DNA from: an uncultured Chloroflexia bacterium
Lineage (GTDB): Bacteria; Chloroflexota; Limnocylindria; QHBO01
Assembly (NCBI GenBank): GCA_963753125.1
Contig: CAVWAU010000004.1
Location: 327,200 to 391,199 of the forward strand
Reading direction: 5' to 3'
DNA length: 64,000 nucleotides
The translations under genes were made by a program, and so were the position numbers. Shown here piece by piece: positions 18,460 to 27,535 of the stretch (its first letter is position 1; each line of letters begins with the position of its first letter). A model generated the notes under the pieces. The model was not told the origin of the DNA and did no database searches. It worked only from the letters and a program-made list of their open reading frames with translations.

Positions 18460-21066
18460 TCAGCCGAGAGGCGGCAGGGCCTGGTTGTCAGTGAGCACGC
18501 CGGCGAACGGGTCGCCGGCGGTCCGGATGCGCTCCATGGCGTCGCGGATGGTCCACCGGTCCGGCCGCAGCCCTGGGTCGTCGAGCTCCTCCCAGGTGAT
18601 CGGCATGCTCACCGGGGCGCCGGGCGCGGGCCGGGTGCTGTACGGGGCGACGAGCGTCTTGTTGATGACGTTCTGGGTGTAGTCGAGCCGTGCCTTGCCC
18701 TTGCGAGCGCGCTTCGCCCACTCCCAGCTGACGAGGTCCGGGACCGATGCGCCGACGGCGCGTGACAGACCCTCGACCCAGTCGCGGGTGTCCTCGAAGG
18801 TCGGCCCGCGCGCGATGCCGATCCAGATCTGGATGCCCCGCTTGCCGGTGACCTTGGGATGGCCGATGACGCGGAGGTGTTCGAGCGCGGTCCGATACAG
18901 GCGTGCCAGGACGAGGAGCTCCTCCCAGGTCGTATCGGGCCCGGGATCGATGTCGATGAGGGCGTACGACGGTCGGTCCGGCGCGTCGATCGGGCTCGTC
19001 CACGGGTGGAGCTCGACCGCGGCCTCCTGCGCCAGCCAGGCCAGCGTGGCGGCCGAGTCGACCACCGCGTACTCCTTCGGCCCCTCCTCGCGATGGTGGT
19101 ATGTCCAGCGCTTGATCCACTCTGGCGCGTGACCGGGCAGGTCCTTCTGCCAGAAGCCCTTCTGCTCGTTCCCGTTCGGGTAGCGCTGGACTGTCAGGCC
19201 GTGAGTATCGAGGTACGGCACCAGCGTCGGGGCGACCTCGACGTGGTAGCGCAGCAGGTCGCGCTTGGTGACGGGAGCCTCACCCTCGCGGGCGGTGAAG
19301 AGGACCTTCTCCAGGTTCGTGACCCGGATCTCGTGGCCGTCGACGACCCAGGTCCCCTCCTTCTCGATCGCCTCGAGCACGGCGATGGTGTCGGTCGCGT
19401 CCGCAGCGGGCGTTGCGGATGGCATCGGATCGGGAGGATTGGCGCGCTCGGCCTCGGCGGTCGCTCGCTCGGTGGGCACCTCGCGCTCGCGTAGCACCGT
19501 GCGCGGATCGCGATCGGGCTCGAAGCCCTTGAACGCCGCCTGGCGCAGCAGGTCGTCGGCCGTCCATTCGGCGAACTCGACGCGAATCACGATCTCCGGC
19601 TCGACCCAGCGCGCCCCGCGCAGGCGCGGGGCGGGATCGATCACCGAGTCCGGTCGCTCGATCTCCTCGAGCCGCTTTCGGAGCGAGCTGCGCGTTCGGG
19701 CGGCGAGGCCGCTGCCGACCTGTCCGGCGTGCACCCACTCCTTGCCGGAGCGGACGGCCAGGATGAGCGAGCCGAGATCGGCTGCGCTCCCCTGCCCGGG
19801 CAGCCAGCCGACGACGACCACCTCCTGCTCGCTGCGGACTTTGAGCTTCAGCCACGACTTGCTCCGCCGGTCCGGCTCGTACGGGGAGTGGCGCAGCTTG
19901 GCGACGATCCCCTCCAGCTCCTGGGCACGTGCCGCCGCGAAGAACGCCTCCCCGTCGCCCTCGACGTGGCTGGCGTAGCGGACGAGCGGGTGCGGGCGCA
20001 GGCGGCCGCGCAGGAGCCGCTTGCGCTCCTCCAGGGGTACGGCCAGTAACGACTGCCCATCGAGGTGGAGCAGGTCGAAGGCCTGGTAGACGACATCGGC
20101 CGGTATGTCGCGGCGCTTGCCGCCGGGCGTGCGCCAGGTGCGGATGCCGGTGTGATCCTGGAGCAGGCTGAACCGGGGTCGCCCGTGCTCGTCGAGCGCG
20201 ACCACCTCGCCGTCGACGATCGCCTCGCGAGCGTCGATCCACCCCGTTGCATCGGCAAGGTCCGGGAAGTAGGTCGCGGCGTCCTGTCGGCGACGAGTCC
20301 AGAGCCGAGTCCCGCCGTCGCGCACGACCGCCTCGACCCGGTAGCCGTCCCACTTGACCTCGAACAGCCAGTCGGGGTCCGTGAACGGGTGCGTCGCCAG
20401 CGTGGCGCTCATGGGCGGGATGAAGTCGGGCATCGTTGCGGTGCGAGCTGCCGACAGGTCCACCTCGCCCGGTGGCCGCGGCGGGTCGGCCGTGAAGCGC
20501 GGCGCGACGCCATCGCGGACCTCGTCGTTCGTGCGTCCGGTCTTGACGCTCGCCGGGTGGTCCTCCGCGTCCCATCCGCCGACGGCGGCCTCGTCCTTCT
20601 TCTTGATCAGCAGCCAGCGTTCGCGGCCGTCGTCGTCATCGGTCCGGACGATCGTGTATCGGCCATGCAGGCGCTCGCCGTGGAGGATGAACTTGACCTC
20701 GCCCTTGCGCAGGCCCGTGCGTGGCGAGGGCTCGTCCGGCTCGGGCTCGAAGATTCCCCAGTCCCAGACGATGACGTCGCCGCCGCCGTACTCGTTCGCC
20801 GGGATGACTCCCTCGAACGGGAGGTACTCGATCGGATGATCCTCGGTGCGCATTGCCAACCGGCGGGCCTTCGGATCGAGGGTCGGGCCCTTCGGCACCG
20901 CCCAGCTGACGAGTACGCCGTCGATCTCGAGGCGGAAGTCGTAGTGGAGAGCCGTCGCCCGGTGACGCTGGACGGTGAAGCGCCCGCTCCGCTCGACGAC
21001 GTCCGCGGGTGCCGGCTCGGGGGTCCTCCCGAAGTCGCGCTTGCGCCGATATTCCTCCAGCGGCAT
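18460..21066 (-). CDS. ligD: Multidomain ATP-dependent DNA ligase LigD (phosphoesterase - ligase - polymerase/primase order)
   Basis: 868 aa from ATG 21066. PE: FTVQRHRATALHYDFRLE...WAVPKGP. Ligase motif I EVKWDGYR, then GIVAK, WLKLK. Pol: VQRYPNG...ALIDIDPG...KVTGKRGIQIW...DYTQN...APYSTRP. Confidence 0.9.
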   Translation of the reverse strand: MPLEEYRRKRDFGRTPEPAPADVVERSGRFTVQRHRATALHYDFRLEIDGVLVSWAVPKGPTLDPKARRLAMRTEDHPIEYLPFEGVIPANEYGGGDVIVWDWGIFEPEPDEPSPRTGLRKGEVKFILHGERLHGRYTIVRTDDDDGRERWLLIKKKDEAAVGGWDAEDHPASVKTGRTNDEVRDGVAPRFTADPPRPPGEVDLSAARTATMPDFIPPMSATLATHPFTDPDWLFEVKWDGYRVEAVVRDGGTRLWTRRRQDAATYFPDLADATGWIDAREAIVDGEVVALDEHGRPRFSLLQDHTGIRTWRTPGGKRRDIPADVVYQAFDLLHLDGQSLLAVPLEERKRLLRGRLRPHPLVRYASHVEGDGEAFFAAARAQELEGIVAKLRHSPYEPDRRSKSWLKLKVRSEQEVVVVGWLPGQGSAADLGSLILAVRSGKEWVHAGQVGSGLAARTRSSLRKRLEEIERPDSVIDPAPRLRGARWVEPEIVIRVEFAEWTADDLLRQAAFKGFEPDRDPRTVLREREVPTERATAEAERANPPDPMPSATPAADATDTIAVLEAIEKEGTWVVDGHEIRVTNLEKVLFTAREGEAPVTKRDLLRYHVEVAPTLVPYLDTHGLTVQRYPNGNEQKGFWQKDLPGHAPEWIKRWTYHHREEGPKEYAVVDSAATLAWLAQEAAVELHPWTSPIDAPDRPSYALIDIDPGPDTTWEELLVLARLYRTALEHLRVIGHPKVTGKRGIQIWIGIARGPTFEDTRDWVEGLSRAVGASVPDLVSWEWAKRARKGKARLDYTQNVINKTLVAPYSTRPAPGAPVSMPITWEELDDPGLRPDRWTIRDAMERIRTAGDPFAGVLTDNQALPPLG

Positions 21067-21716
21067 CAGGGATGCTCCGGCAGCTCGAGCTCGTCGAGTG
21101 TGCCGATGACCTCCGATGCCCCGGCCTCGCGAAGCGCGTCCTCCCCCACCGCAGCGCCCGCCGTGACGCCGATGGCGCGCATCCCCGCCGCGACCGCCGA
21201 GCGCATGTCCCACGTCGAGTCGCCCACGTACCAGCATGCGTCGGGGGCGACGCCGAGCTGGCGCGCCGCCAGCTGGAGCAGGTCGGGAGCGGGCTTCGCG
21301 TGCTCGACCGCGCTGCCGTCGACGATCCGTGGCCGATGCCGCAGCCCGAGCGCCCCGACGGATGCGGCCACCTGCTCGGCACGCGACGACGTCGCGATGG
21401 CCCAGGTCACCCCGTCGGCGTCGAGTCGCTCGAGCAGCTCACGTGCGCCGGGCAGCGGCTGCGGATCGCGGTTGCGCTCGTCGAACAGCTCGCCCGCCCG
21501 CCGGTCGACGTCTTCAGTCGGGCCGCCATCGCCCATCACTTCCGCCGCGAGGCGGCGACCGTCCATCCCGATCATCGGCTCGAGCCGCTCGCGGCTGACG
21601 GCGATGCCGCGCTCGGCGAACGTCGCCTGCCAGGCCTCGATCCGTGCCGGGACCGTGTCGACCAGCGTGCCGTCGAGGTCGAAGACGATTGCGTCGGGGC
21701 GCGAAGCAGAGCGCAT
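21066..21716 (-). CDS. HAD-superfamily hydrolase (subfamily IA, PGM/phosphatase-like)
   Basis: IVFDLDGTLVDT (motif I), ATSS (II), K...VGDSTWDM (III/IV). The stop overlaps the ligD ATG by 1 nt (TGATG). Confidence 0.85.
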   Translation of the reverse strand: MRSASRPDAIVFDLDGTLVDTVPARIEAWQATFAERGIAVSRERLEPMIGMDGRRLAAEVMGDGGPTEDVDRRAGELFDERNRDPQPLPGARELLERLDADGVTWAIATSSRAEQVAASVGALGLRHRPRIVDGSAVEHAKPAPDLLQLAARQLGVAPDACWYVGDSTWDMRSAVAAGMRAIGVTAGAAVGEDALREAGASEVIGTLDELELPEHP

Positions 21717-21750
21717 CGGCCGTACGATACCGACCGGACGCCATCCGGAC

Positions 21751-22431
21751 CTAGCCGGAGTCCCAACCCTCCGGCAGGGTGAACAGCAGCCGGAACCCCG
21801 CGGGGTTATCCGACGCCTCGAGAGTCATCGACTCGACGATCCGGCGAGCATCGGCGCGCTTGGCTTCGGTGTTGCCGTTCCATCCGCTGACGCTGATGAC
21901 GATGGTCGTGCCTTCGAAGGTGACGGTCCAGACTTCCTCCCGATCCTCGCCGGTGAGCTGCCGATACGTTCCGGGATGGCCCGCCACGACGGCGGTGGTG
22001 GTCCCAGGCTCGGCATCATCTGGCGAACCGGCGGAGATCGTCATCTCGACTCCGGCGCCTTCGCCCGTCACGTTGTGCATCCAGAGCTCGCCGCGCGAGG
22101 GGACCCACCACCATCGGCCGGGCGTGAACCCCCTGACGCCGGCCTGGGCCGTCCACGGCCGTGCCACCTCGCCCTCCACCGCGGTCGCGATCGGCGTCGC
22201 CACGGCGTCCGGCGGGACGGTGCGATCGTCGCTCAGGATCGTGCCGATCAGCGCCGTGCCGGCAAGTGCCGCGACAAGCAGCAGAGCCGTCGCCGCGACG
22301 ACCAGCAGGAGACGGCCGCCGCCGGCTCGGCCCGCGACGGGCTCCTCGTCCAGCTCCAGCGTGGCCGCGACGTATCGGGTCGCGAACGGAGGGCCGGTGC
22401 GCAGGGCGCGCTCCAGGCGCTGCTCATCCAT
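21751..22431 (-). CDS. Membrane-anchored protein downstream of the ECF sigma (candidate anti-sigma factor)
   Basis: 226 aa from ATG 22431. Short cytoplasmic N-terminus, TM LLLVVAATALLLVAALAGTALIG, extracytoplasmic domain. The start overlaps the sigma stop by 1 nt (TGATG). The anti-sigma role is inferred from position only. Confidence 0.6.
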   Translation of the reverse strand: MDEQRLERALRTGPPFATRYVAATLELDEEPVAGRAGGGRLLLVVAATALLLVAALAGTALIGTILSDDRTVPPDAVATPIATAVEGEVARPWTAQAGVRGFTPGRWWWVPSRGELWMHNVTGEGAGVEMTISAGSPDDAEPGTTTAVVAGHPGTYRQLTGEDREEVWTVTFEGTTIVISVSGWNGNTEAKRADARRIVESMTLEASDNPAGFRLLFTLPEGWDSG

Positions 22432-22973
22432 CACGATTCCTCCTCGGTCGCGAGGCGTTCTCGCAGCGTCGCTACGCCGCGGCTCGCATGTGTTCGGGTT
22501 GCGCTGGGTGAGATGCCGAGGACGCCGGCGATCTGCTCGAAGGTCAGATCCGCGGCGTAGTGGAGGTAGAGCACGTGACGTTGTCGTGGGGGCAGCTCGT
22601 CGACGGTCCGCCATACCGTCACGGCGTCGGAGGCCTCCGGCCCGGCGTAGTCGGTGCGGCGCGGGGCGAGCCGCGGGAGGAGCAGCGCGAGCTGCCGGCG
22701 CCATCGGTGCTGCTGCATGGCCAGGCGATAGATGGTGCGGTAGAGCCACGCCGGCGGGCGCTCGATGAGCGTCCCTCGCCGCATCTCCCGCCACAACCGC
22801 AGGATCGCCTCCTGGAGCGCGTCGGCCGCCTGCTCGTCGCTGAGGCCCAGGTGGCGAGCGAAGTCATAGAGCGCGGCACCGTGCGCCTCGTGAAGCTCGG
22901 TCACCAAGGCCGCATCGGTCACGTCGATGCTCTCTGGCGCTACGCCGGCCGCGGAGGACTGCAAACTCGTCAC
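22431..22973 (-). CDS. ECF-type RNA polymerase sigma-70 factor
   Basis: Region 2 ...ALQEAILRLWREM...AWLYRTIYRLAMQQHR. Region 4 LPPRQRHVLYLHYAADLTFEQIAGVLGISPSATRTHASRG. GTG 22973 proposed as start (a TTG 6 nt upstream is also possible). Confidence 0.85.
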   Translation of the reverse strand: MTSLQSSAAGVAPESIDVTDAALVTELHEAHGAALYDFARHLGLSDEQAADALQEAILRLWREMRRGTLIERPPAWLYRTIYRLAMQQHRWRRQLALLLPRLAPRRTDYAGPEASDAVTVWRTVDELPPRQRHVLYLHYAADLTFEQIAGVLGISPSATRTHASRGVATLRERLATEEES

Positions 22974-23058
22974 ATCCAATAGACGCTGGAGGCGGGCAAA
23001 GTGCCTAGTCGCATCATGCGAGGCCCGCTGAGCGCATCGGTCGTACGATAACGAGCCG

Positions 23059-24258
23059 ATGCCCTCCGAGCTCGCCGTCCACTGGACGCTCGACCCCGGC
23101 GTGACCTTCCTCAACCACGGCTCATTCGGCGCGACGCCGCGGGTCGTGCTCGAGGCGCAGGACGCGTGGCGGGCGCGGATGGAGCGCGAGCCGGTCGCAT
23201 TCTTCGCCCGCGACCTCGAGCCCGCGCTCGACGAGGCGCGTGCGGCGCTGGGAGCCTTCCTCGGCGCCGATCCGGACGACCTGGCCTTCGTCACCAACGC
23301 GACGACCGGCATCAACATCGTGGCTCGCAGCCTCCGGCTGGAGCGCGGCGACGAGGTCGTCCTGATCGACCACGCCTACCCCGCCGCCCGCAACGCCCTT
23401 CGGGCCGTGGCCGATGACGCCGGTGCGCGGCTCGTGGAGGCGCGCATCCCATTCCCCGGCGCCGACCCCGACGAGGCGCGGCAGGCGGTCCTGGAGGCCG
23501 TGAACCCGCGGACGCGGCTCGTCATGCTCGACCACGTCACCAGCCCGACGGCTCTCGTGCTGCCGGTGGCCGAGATCGTGGCGGCGCTGGCGGAACGCGG
23601 TGTCGACACGCTCGTGGACGCCGCGCATGCGCCGGGCATGCTCGACGTCGACCTCGACGCCATCGGTGCGGCCTACACCACCGGGAACTGCCACAAGTGG
23701 ATGTGCGCCCCGAAGGGCAGCGCCTTCGTCCATGTCCGGCGCGACCTCCAGGAACGGGTCCGACCGTTGGTGATCAGCCACGGGGCGACCTCCCTGCGGA
23801 CCGATCGCAGCCGCTTCCGGCTCGAACACGACTGGACCGGCACCCTCGACCCGACGCCCTGGCTGAGCGTGCCCGCGGCGATCGCCTTCGGCGACGGCCT
23901 CATGCCCGGCGGCTGGCCCGAGCTGCGCGAGCGCGGGCATCGGCTGGCCGTGGCGGCGCGCGACCTCCTGGCCGCGGCTCTCGACGAGCCGCAACCGGTG
24001 CCGGACGAGATGATCGGCGCCATGGTCAGCGTCCCGCTGCCGGCGACCGCAGAACCACGCCCTGAGAGCACGTACGCCGACCCGGTCCACGCCGCGCTGC
24101 TCGAGGCCGGCATCCAGGTCGCGATCTCGCCGTGGCCGGAGCAGCCCGACGGGCAGCCGTGGCGCCGCCTCGTCCGTGTCAGCTGCGCGCCATACGTGGG
24201 TCTCGACGACGTCGAAAGGCTTGCAGCGACCCTCCCGAACATGCTGGTCACGGCCTGA
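23059..24258 (+). CDS. Class-V aminotransferase-fold PLP enzyme (isopenicillin-N-epimerase/cysteine-desulfurase-like)
   Basis: 399 aa. TFLNHGSFGATP, NATTGINIV, VDAAHAPG, GNCHKWMCAPKG (PLP Lys). Confidence 0.85.
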   Translation: MPSELAVHWTLDPGVTFLNHGSFGATPRVVLEAQDAWRARMEREPVAFFARDLEPALDEARAALGAFLGADPDDLAFVTNATTGINIVARSLRLERGDEVVLIDHAYPAARNALRAVADDAGARLVEARIPFPGADPDEARQAVLEAVNPRTRLVMLDHVTSPTALVLPVAEIVAALAERGVDTLVDAAHAPGMLDVDLDAIGAAYTTGNCHKWMCAPKGSAFVHVRRDLQERVRPLVISHGATSLRTDRSRFRLEHDWTGTLDPTPWLSVPAAIAFGDGLMPGGWPELRERGHRLAVAARDLLAAALDEPQPVPDEMIGAMVSVPLPATAEPRPESTYADPVHAALLEAGIQVAISPWPEQPDGQPWRRLVRVSCAPYVGLDDVERLAATLPNMLVTA

Positions 24259-24261
24259 CCG

Positions 24262-24862
24262 ATGCCGCTCGACCCGACCACCCTCGACCCCGACCCGATC
24301 CGTACCCTCGACGCCTGGCTGCGCGAAGCGACCGATGCCGGCATCCCACTGCCAAACGCCTTCGCGCTGGCAACCGCCGATGGCGACGGGATGCCCTCGG
24401 TCCGCTTCGTCCTGCTCCACGGCCTCGATGCCGAGGGGCTCCGCTTCTACACGAGCCGCACGAGCCGCAAGGGCCGCGACCTGGCGGTCAACCCGTGGGC
24501 GGCGGCCGTCTTCTGGTGGCCCGGCCTCGATCGCCAGGCGCGGGTGACGCGGACCGATCCGCCTGCAGCCCGATGAGGAGTCGCTCGCCTACTGGCGCAC
24601 CCGGCCGCGGGGCGCGCAGCTGTCCGCGACGGCATCGGCCCAGAGCCAGGAGATCGGCTCGCGCGCCGAGCTCGAGGCGCTCGTCCGCGCGGTCGACGAA
24701 CGCCACCCCGACGAGGTGCCGCTGCCGCCCAGCTGGGGCGGCTACCTCATCGTTCCTCGGACGGTCGAGCTCTGGGAGAGCCGGCCCGACCGGCTGCACG
24801 ATCGCGTCGAGTACCGGCGCGGCGGCGACGGCTCGTGGCATCCGCGGCGGCTTCAGCCGTAG
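24262..24862 (+). pseudogene. pdxH: Pyridoxamine/pyridoxine 5'-phosphate oxidase, one frame change
   Basis: NAFALATADGDGMPSVRFVLL...FYTSRTSRKGRDLAVNPWAAAVFWWPGLDRQARV in frame 1. After about 24550 the protein continues in frame 2: EESLAYWRTRPRGAQLSATASAQSQEIGSRAELE...WGGYLIVPRTVELWESRPDRLHDRVEYRR...WHPRRLQP, stop TAG 24860-62. Confidence 0.8.
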
Positions 24863-25250
24863 GCTCCTCGACGACGTCGGGGATCTCGACCACCACGGTC
24901 GCGTGGCGCGGGGAGCGGTTGTAGACCGCCGCCAGCAGCGCGCCGATCAGCGCGCCGATCAGCGCGGCCACGGCCGCGAAGATCACCGCGGTGGCCGGAA
25001 TGACGAGGAACCAGTTCGTGCTGATCCACCGCAGCGCTTCGACCTGGTCGCCGAGCGGCAGCAGCGCTCGCGCCACCCCGAGCGTGAAGGCCAGGTCGCG
25101 CTGCCAGCCGAGGATCGTGCCGGCCATCCAGGCCAGCAGCGCCCCGGCGATCGAGCCGAGCACGAGGCCGAGCGTTGCGCCGACCCACAGGCCCGCCACG
25201 AACGAGGCGCGGACCGAGACGGCGGCCAGGCGACCGCGAACCAGCCTCAT
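24747..25250 (-). CDS. Hypothetical membrane protein (4 TM)
   Basis: ATG 25250 overlaps the GH2 stop (ATGA). Hydrophobic helices. The last roughly 38 codons are Arg-rich and antisense to the pdxH 3' end, so the true stop is uncertain. Confidence 0.5.
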   Translation of the reverse strand: MRLVRGRLAAVSVRASFVAGLWVGATLGLVLGSIAGALLAWMAGTILGWQRDLAFTLGVARALLPLGDQVEALRWISTNWFLVIPATAVIFAAVAALIGALIGALLAAVYNRSPRHATVVVEIPDVVEEPTAEAAADATSRRRRAGTRRDRAAGRAGSPRARPSEER

Positions 25251-27430
25251 CGCGCCCTCCCGATGGCGCGTCCGCCGCGCCGGGTGAGGAGCAGCAGCGC
25301 CACGCCCATCACCGCCGTCGACAGCCCCAGGCCGTAGGCGAGGTAGCCGGCCAGCGCCCACTCCCCCACCTCGCGCACCGGCCGCGCTCGCGGTCGCTCG
25401 AGTTCCGGGTCGAGCATCTGCTGCGGGCCACGACCCGCCGGCGCGTTGAACGACTCGCTCGCCGACACGCCCGCCGGGCGCAGCGAGCCGTCGGGGCGGT
25501 AGAGCCCGAATTGCTCGAGGCCGATGCCCCCGATCTGGGTCGCGAAGTCGTGGAGCGTCCACGACACCGCGGCGCTCACGAAGCCGCCGGGCCGGTCCGC
25601 GCGGAAGTACTCGAGCGACTCGTAGGTCTCCTCGAAGACGACCTGCTGGCGCGCCTCGTCGAACTCGAAGTCGGCCCAGCGGCCGAACTCGAGCGCCAGG
25701 ATCGGCTTGTCCGGGTTCGCCTCGTGGGCGACGCGCAGCGCGCGGCGCGTGTCGGGGCCGGGCTCGGAGCCGTAGAAGACGCCGTGGTACATCGTGAAGC
25801 CCACCACGTCGAGCGGCGCATGGGTCGGATCCTCAGGCTGCCAGCCGTATGCGGCCTGCCCGGTCAGGCGCGTGCCGTCGATGGCGCGATCGACCTCGTG
25901 GAGCTCCGCGAGCGCATCGGTCCGCTCGTCGGCGCCGGTCGACTCGTTCGCGAAGCCATGGAAGAGCACCGACGGACGGTTCATGTCGCGCAGGGCCATC
26001 TCGCGCAGCATCTGCTGCGGGATCCCCCTGGCCATGGTGCGCTCGAACACCAGCGGGGTGGCGTGGTAGAGCGGGATCTCCTCCCAGACGGCGAAGCCGA
26101 GGCGGTCGGCCAGCATGAGCACGGTCGGGTCGGCAGGCAGATGGGCGGTCCGAATGAGGTCGGCGCCGATGGCGCGCGCGTCGTTCAGCTCGGCGAGCGC
26201 GTCGGCCGGCTCCTGGTGCGGCGTGCCGCCGGCCGGCTCGCCGTCGGCGTCGAGGTCGACCGTCTCGGCGTGGAGTCCGACGCCGTGGAAGAAGGCGGCC
26301 TCGCCGTTGAGCATGACGCGCGGCTGGATCGGGTCGACGGTCACGTTGCGGACGCCGAAGGTCGTCCACAGCTCGTCGCGCACCGCGCGGGCCTCGCCGA
26401 GGAGCTGGACGCGCAGGACATACAGCGAAGGTCGAGCCGGGCTCCAGACATCGGCCTCACCGAAGACGAGCGAGATCGGGACGAGCGTCGAGGCGCCTGC
26501 CGGAGGCAGGTCGAGCTGCTCGTTGAGGATCGCGAGCGGGTCGTCCAGGTCGGGGACGAGCGCGCGCGGGTCCGGGTCGAGCAGGTTCACCTCGTCGACC
26601 GAGGCCGGGAAGATCGCCAGCTGGATCCGCTCCGTGTCGGGCTCCTCATCGGCGGCGATGTCCGCGGCATGGTGGACCAGCACGTTCACGTCGAGCGCGT
26701 CGAGGTGCGGCACGACGTCCGCGCGCGCGACGTGCGCCACCGGAGCGGCCTCGAGCCAGACCGGTCCCGTGAGCCCGCCGTAGTTCCACCAGTCGATCAG
26801 GCCCCACGGCACGACGTCGCTCCGCGTCCCGAGCGGGATCGTGTGCACCCGCACGGCGAGCAGGTTCTCGTCGCCGGGCAGCAGCGTCTCTCCGGCGGCG
26901 AACGCGAACGGCGTCGAGCCGCCCTCGTGGTAGCCGAGCCAGGTCCCGTTCAGCCAGGCGTCGGCGACGTAGTTGGCCGATGCGAAGCGGATCGTCACCG
27001 CCTGGCCGGCCCAGTCCGCCGGGACCTCGAAGTGGCGTCGGTACCAGGCGCCGCCCTCCTCGCCGTCCGGCGGCTCGTTCAACGTGCCCGGCACCGCGAG
27101 CTCCTCCCACCCGGCGTCGTCATGGTCCGGCAGCTGGCGCCCCGCCGCCTCCGTCTCGATCGCCTCTAGCGAGAGGACCCGCGAGGTCAACGTGAGGTCC
27201 GTGTCGAGTTCGGCGCGCTCGACCAGCCACGTCCCGTCGAGGTCGATCCGCGGCCGCGGCTGCCACTCGAAGGTCGGCACGGGCATCCCGTTCTGCATGG
27301 CGATGGCAACACCGCCGGAGTCGTCGATGGTGAGGGTCGGCCCCAGCGTGCCGACCGTCGAGATCGGCACGCAGCCGGCGATCGCCACTGCGGCCAGGAC
27401 GATGGCGGCGGCGGCCGTCGCGAAGCGCAT
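25247..27430 (-). CDS. Glycoside hydrolase family 2-like lipoprotein with C-terminal TM anchor
   Basis: Start at MRFATAAAAIVLAAVAIAGC (lipobox), ATG 27430. YVADAWLNGTWLGYHEGGSTPF, NYGGLTGPVWLE, IRTAHLP, WEEIPLY, FANES. C-terminal hydrophobic helix. Confidence 0.8.
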   Translation of the reverse strand: MRFATAAAAIVLAAVAIAGCVPISTVGTLGPTLTIDDSGGVAIAMQNGMPVPTFEWQPRPRIDLDGTWLVERAELDTDLTLTSRVLSLEAIETEAAGRQLPDHDDAGWEELAVPGTLNEPPDGEEGGAWYRRHFEVPADWAGQAVTIRFASANYVADAWLNGTWLGYHEGGSTPFAFAAGETLLPGDENLLAVRVHTIPLGTRSDVVPWGLIDWWNYGGLTGPVWLEAAPVAHVARADVVPHLDALDVNVLVHHAADIAADEEPDTERIQLAIFPASVDEVNLLDPDPRALVPDLDDPLAILNEQLDLPPAGASTLVPISLVFGEADVWSPARPSLYVLRVQLLGEARAVRDELWTTFGVRNVTVDPIQPRVMLNGEAAFFHGVGLHAETVDLDADGEPAGGTPHQEPADALAELNDARAIGADLIRTAHLPADPTVLMLADRLGFAVWEEIPLYHATPLVFERTMARGIPQQMLREMALRDMNRPSVLFHGFANESTGADERTDALAELHEVDRAIDGTRLTGQAAYGWQPEDPTHAPLDVVGFTMYHGVFYGSEPGPDTRRALRVAHEANPDKPILALEFGRWADFEFDEARQQVVFEETYESLEYFRADRPGGFVSAAVSWTLHDFATQIGGIGLEQFGLYRPDGSLRPAGVSASESFNAPAGRGPQQMLDPELERPRARPVREVGEWALAGYLAYGLGLSTAVMGVALLLLTRRGGRAIGRAR

Positions 27431-27535
27431 CGGTCGGAGGATGGCAGCCCTCACGACAAGAAGCATGACGACGCTTCCGCCGCAGGGTGATCGTCCAATC
27501 GTCCGGGGACTTCCGCATCGCGCATACTCCACCCG

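Noticed and set aside
20065-22560. 831-aa plus-strand ORF
   Set aside because: It is antisense to ligD, HAD and the anti-sigma-like gene, all of which have clear motifs. It is an Arg/Pro/Ala shadow frame.
18460-24258. A Ku gene adjacent to ligD
   Set aside because: No ORF in any frame near ligD, or elsewhere in the window, shows a Ku-like N-terminus or size. Its absence is noted in the findings rather than claimed as a feature.
25175-27169. 664-aa plus-strand ORF
   Set aside because: It is antisense to the GH2 gene, Arg/Glu/Asp/Gly-rich, with no motifs.
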